DNA of 64,000 nucleotides from Clostridia bacterium (GTDB lineage Bacteria > Bacillota > Clostridia > Christensenellales > CAG-314): NCBI GenBank assembly GCA_017500855.1, contig JAFVYC010000018.1:17400-81399 (forward strand), read 5' to 3'. The notes below the pieces were generated by a model. That model did no database searches. It was not told the origin of the DNA and saw only the letters and a list, made by a program, of their open reading frames with translations. Both the position numbers and the translations under genes were made by a program. Below, piece by piece: positions 62,622-64,000 of the stretch (positions are counted from its first letter, which is position 1; each line of letters opens with the position of its first letter).

Positions 62622-63563
62622 ATGACGTTTTCTCAATCGGTCAAAAACGAAATACTCAAAAGTTTGCGCCATCTCAAGCCGTGTTGCTCCAAGGGGTTTT
62701 TGACGGCTGTTTTCAAAACAAGTGGCTCGCTGAAGTTGGACTACAACGGCATTTCCTTCTGCTTGGACAGCGAAAACGATGCATTCTTGAAGTTTTGTAG
62801 CCGACTTGCCAAGGAAGTGTGTGGAATTGGTGGCAAAATGGAAGAAAACGGCGTAAACGCCAAGGGTACACCAACCTACACTTGCAAGTTCAATGGCGAA
62901 ATTGGCAAACATTTGGGCTTTTCAAACAACGACGGGTTCAACTTTTTGCTGTTGCAACAGGCCGTTAAAATGCCAACGGAACCTTGTTGCGTGCGCACCT
63001 TTTTGCAAGGCTTGTTCGTTTCCTGCGGTTCGGTGATGATTCCCTTTGCCGAGGACGACCTTGGCGAAAGTAAGTCGGCATCCAGCAAGTACCATTTGGA
63101 AATGCGCTTCACCGACGAAGATTTTGCCAACCAAGTTTTGCAAACCTACCAACACTTGGGTTTGCACAAAACCACTCGCAAAAACTACACCGTGTTGTAC
63201 ATCAAAAACAGTTCTGCCATTGCCGACTTTTTTGTGTACGTCAACGCAATGAGCGCCAAATTGAAGTTGGAAAACATCATCATTGGCCGTTCCATTCGCA
63301 ACACGGCAAATCGCCAACGCAACTGCATCGAAGCCAACATAGAAAAGGCAGTTTTGGCAAGCGAAAGGCAACTTTCTGCCATTGCCGAACTAAAACGCAA
63401 GGGCTTGTACCAAAGCCTTCCACAAAGTTTGAAGGACGTTGCGGAAATTCGCCAAGAATTTCCCGAAGCCAATTTGGACGAAATTGCCTCTCGACTTGGC
63501 ATTTCCAAAAGTGGCGCAAACCACCGTTTGGCACGGCTCATTCAACTTTCTCAAAACGACTAA
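62622..63563 (+). CDS. whiA: DNA-binding sporulation/cell-division regulator WhiA
   Basis: MTFSQSVKNEILKSL ... PCCSKGFLTAVFKTSGSL; LAGLIDADG-like middle domain; C-terminal HTH LDEIASRLGISKSGANHRLARL. Confidence 0.9.
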   Translation: MTFSQSVKNEILKSLRHLKPCCSKGFLTAVFKTSGSLKLDYNGISFCLDSENDAFLKFCSRLAKEVCGIGGKMEENGVNAKGTPTYTCKFNGEIGKHLGFSNNDGFNFLLLQQAVKMPTEPCCVRTFLQGLFVSCGSVMIPFAEDDLGESKSASSKYHLEMRFTDEDFANQVLQTYQHLGLHKTTRKNYTVLYIKNSSAIADFFVYVNAMSAKLKLENIIIGRSIRNTANRQRNCIEANIEKAVLASERQLSAIAELKRKGLYQSLPQSLKDVAEIRQEFPEANLDEIASRLGISKSGANHRLARLIQLSQND

Positions 63564-63614
63564 CTAACGAAAACACCCACCCCGTGTGGCAAAAAACACA
63601 TTCTAGGAGACAAA

Positions 63615-64000
63615 ATGAATCCTTTTGTACACTTGCACGTTCACACCGAGTACAGCCTGTTGGACGGCGCAACCCGAATTGACGAAATGCTTGCCAAGTG
63701 CAAGCAACTAAACATGCCTGCCATTGCCGTTACCGACCACGGCAACATGTACTGCGCTTGGAAGTTTTTGAAATCCGCCAAGGAAGCAGGCATCAAACCC
63801 ATCATTGGTTGCGAAGTCTACATGTGCGAAGATTTGCACGCCGTTGGCTACAACAACAGGGAGTACTTCCACCTTGTGCTACTTGCAAAAAACAACGTGG
63901 GCTACTACAACTTGTGTCGCCTCAATTCCATTTCCTTTGTGGAAGGCTTCTACTACAAACCAAGGCTAGACTTCAACACCTTGAAGCAGTACAGCGAAGG
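63615..64000 (+). CDS. dnaE: DNA polymerase III alpha subunit (DnaE), N-terminal PHP domain only, truncated by the window end
   Basis: My translation: MNPFVHLHVHTEYSLLDGATRIDEMLAKCKQLNMPAIAVTDHGNMYCAWKFLKSAKEAGIKPIIGCEVY ... AGGAG SD. Absent from the ORF track because no stop is reached. Confidence 0.9.
   Translation, partial: MNPFVHLHVHTEYSLLDGATRIDEMLAKCKQLNMPAIAVTDHGNMYCAWKFLKSAKEAGIKPIIGCEVYMCEDLHAVGYNNREYFHLVLLAKNNVGYYNLCRLNSISFVEGFYYKPRLDFNTLKQYSE

Overview
This 64-kb window looks like chromosome from a spore-forming Bacillota (Clostridia-like) bacterium. That reading rests on spoIIE, spmA/spmB, whiA, murB, secA, prfB, comFC, recD2, metK behind a SAM-I (S-box) riboswitch, leuS, metG-tatD, tsaD, queH and the start of dnaE. 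I support about 51 protein-coding genes (two truncated by the window edges), one frameshifted gene, one tRNA-Arg(ACG) and one riboswitch. I see no rRNA, CRISPR array, integrase or transposase.

From 38.3 kb to the right edge, every gene I call is on the + strand and most are housekeeping genes. The left 24 kb looks more accessory: lipoproteins, transporters, small operons and many repeats.

The most system-like locus is a translationally coupled operon at 3771-6414. It encodes a class I methyltransferase, an ATP-dependent RNA ligase and an HD-phosphoesterase/P-loop polynucleotide kinase (HD-Pnk type). A SLOG/DUF1273 gene and a divergent XRE regulator sit next to it. I read it as an RNA heal-seal-(modify) cassette.

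Non-coding structure not explained by genes:
- A family of about 25 CACGTG-core palindromes, mostly placed directly 3' of stop codons.
- Seven exact copies of the 11-mer TGTGGTATAAT (extended -10) in front of accessory-type genes.
- A 200-bp array of hairpin-plus-GTATATCATCA units, three forward and three inverted, beside the tRNA.
- Three tandem or nested repeat blocks at 7847-8260, 17251-17482 and 33958-34265.
- An orphan consensus promoter with no ORF behind it at 31214.

Caveat on the ORF track: it is dominated by very long antisense ORFs that are codon-aligned shadows of real genes, because sense genes almost never use TTA, CTA or TCA codons. I rejected these. All functional calls come from motif recognition by eye; no searches were run.
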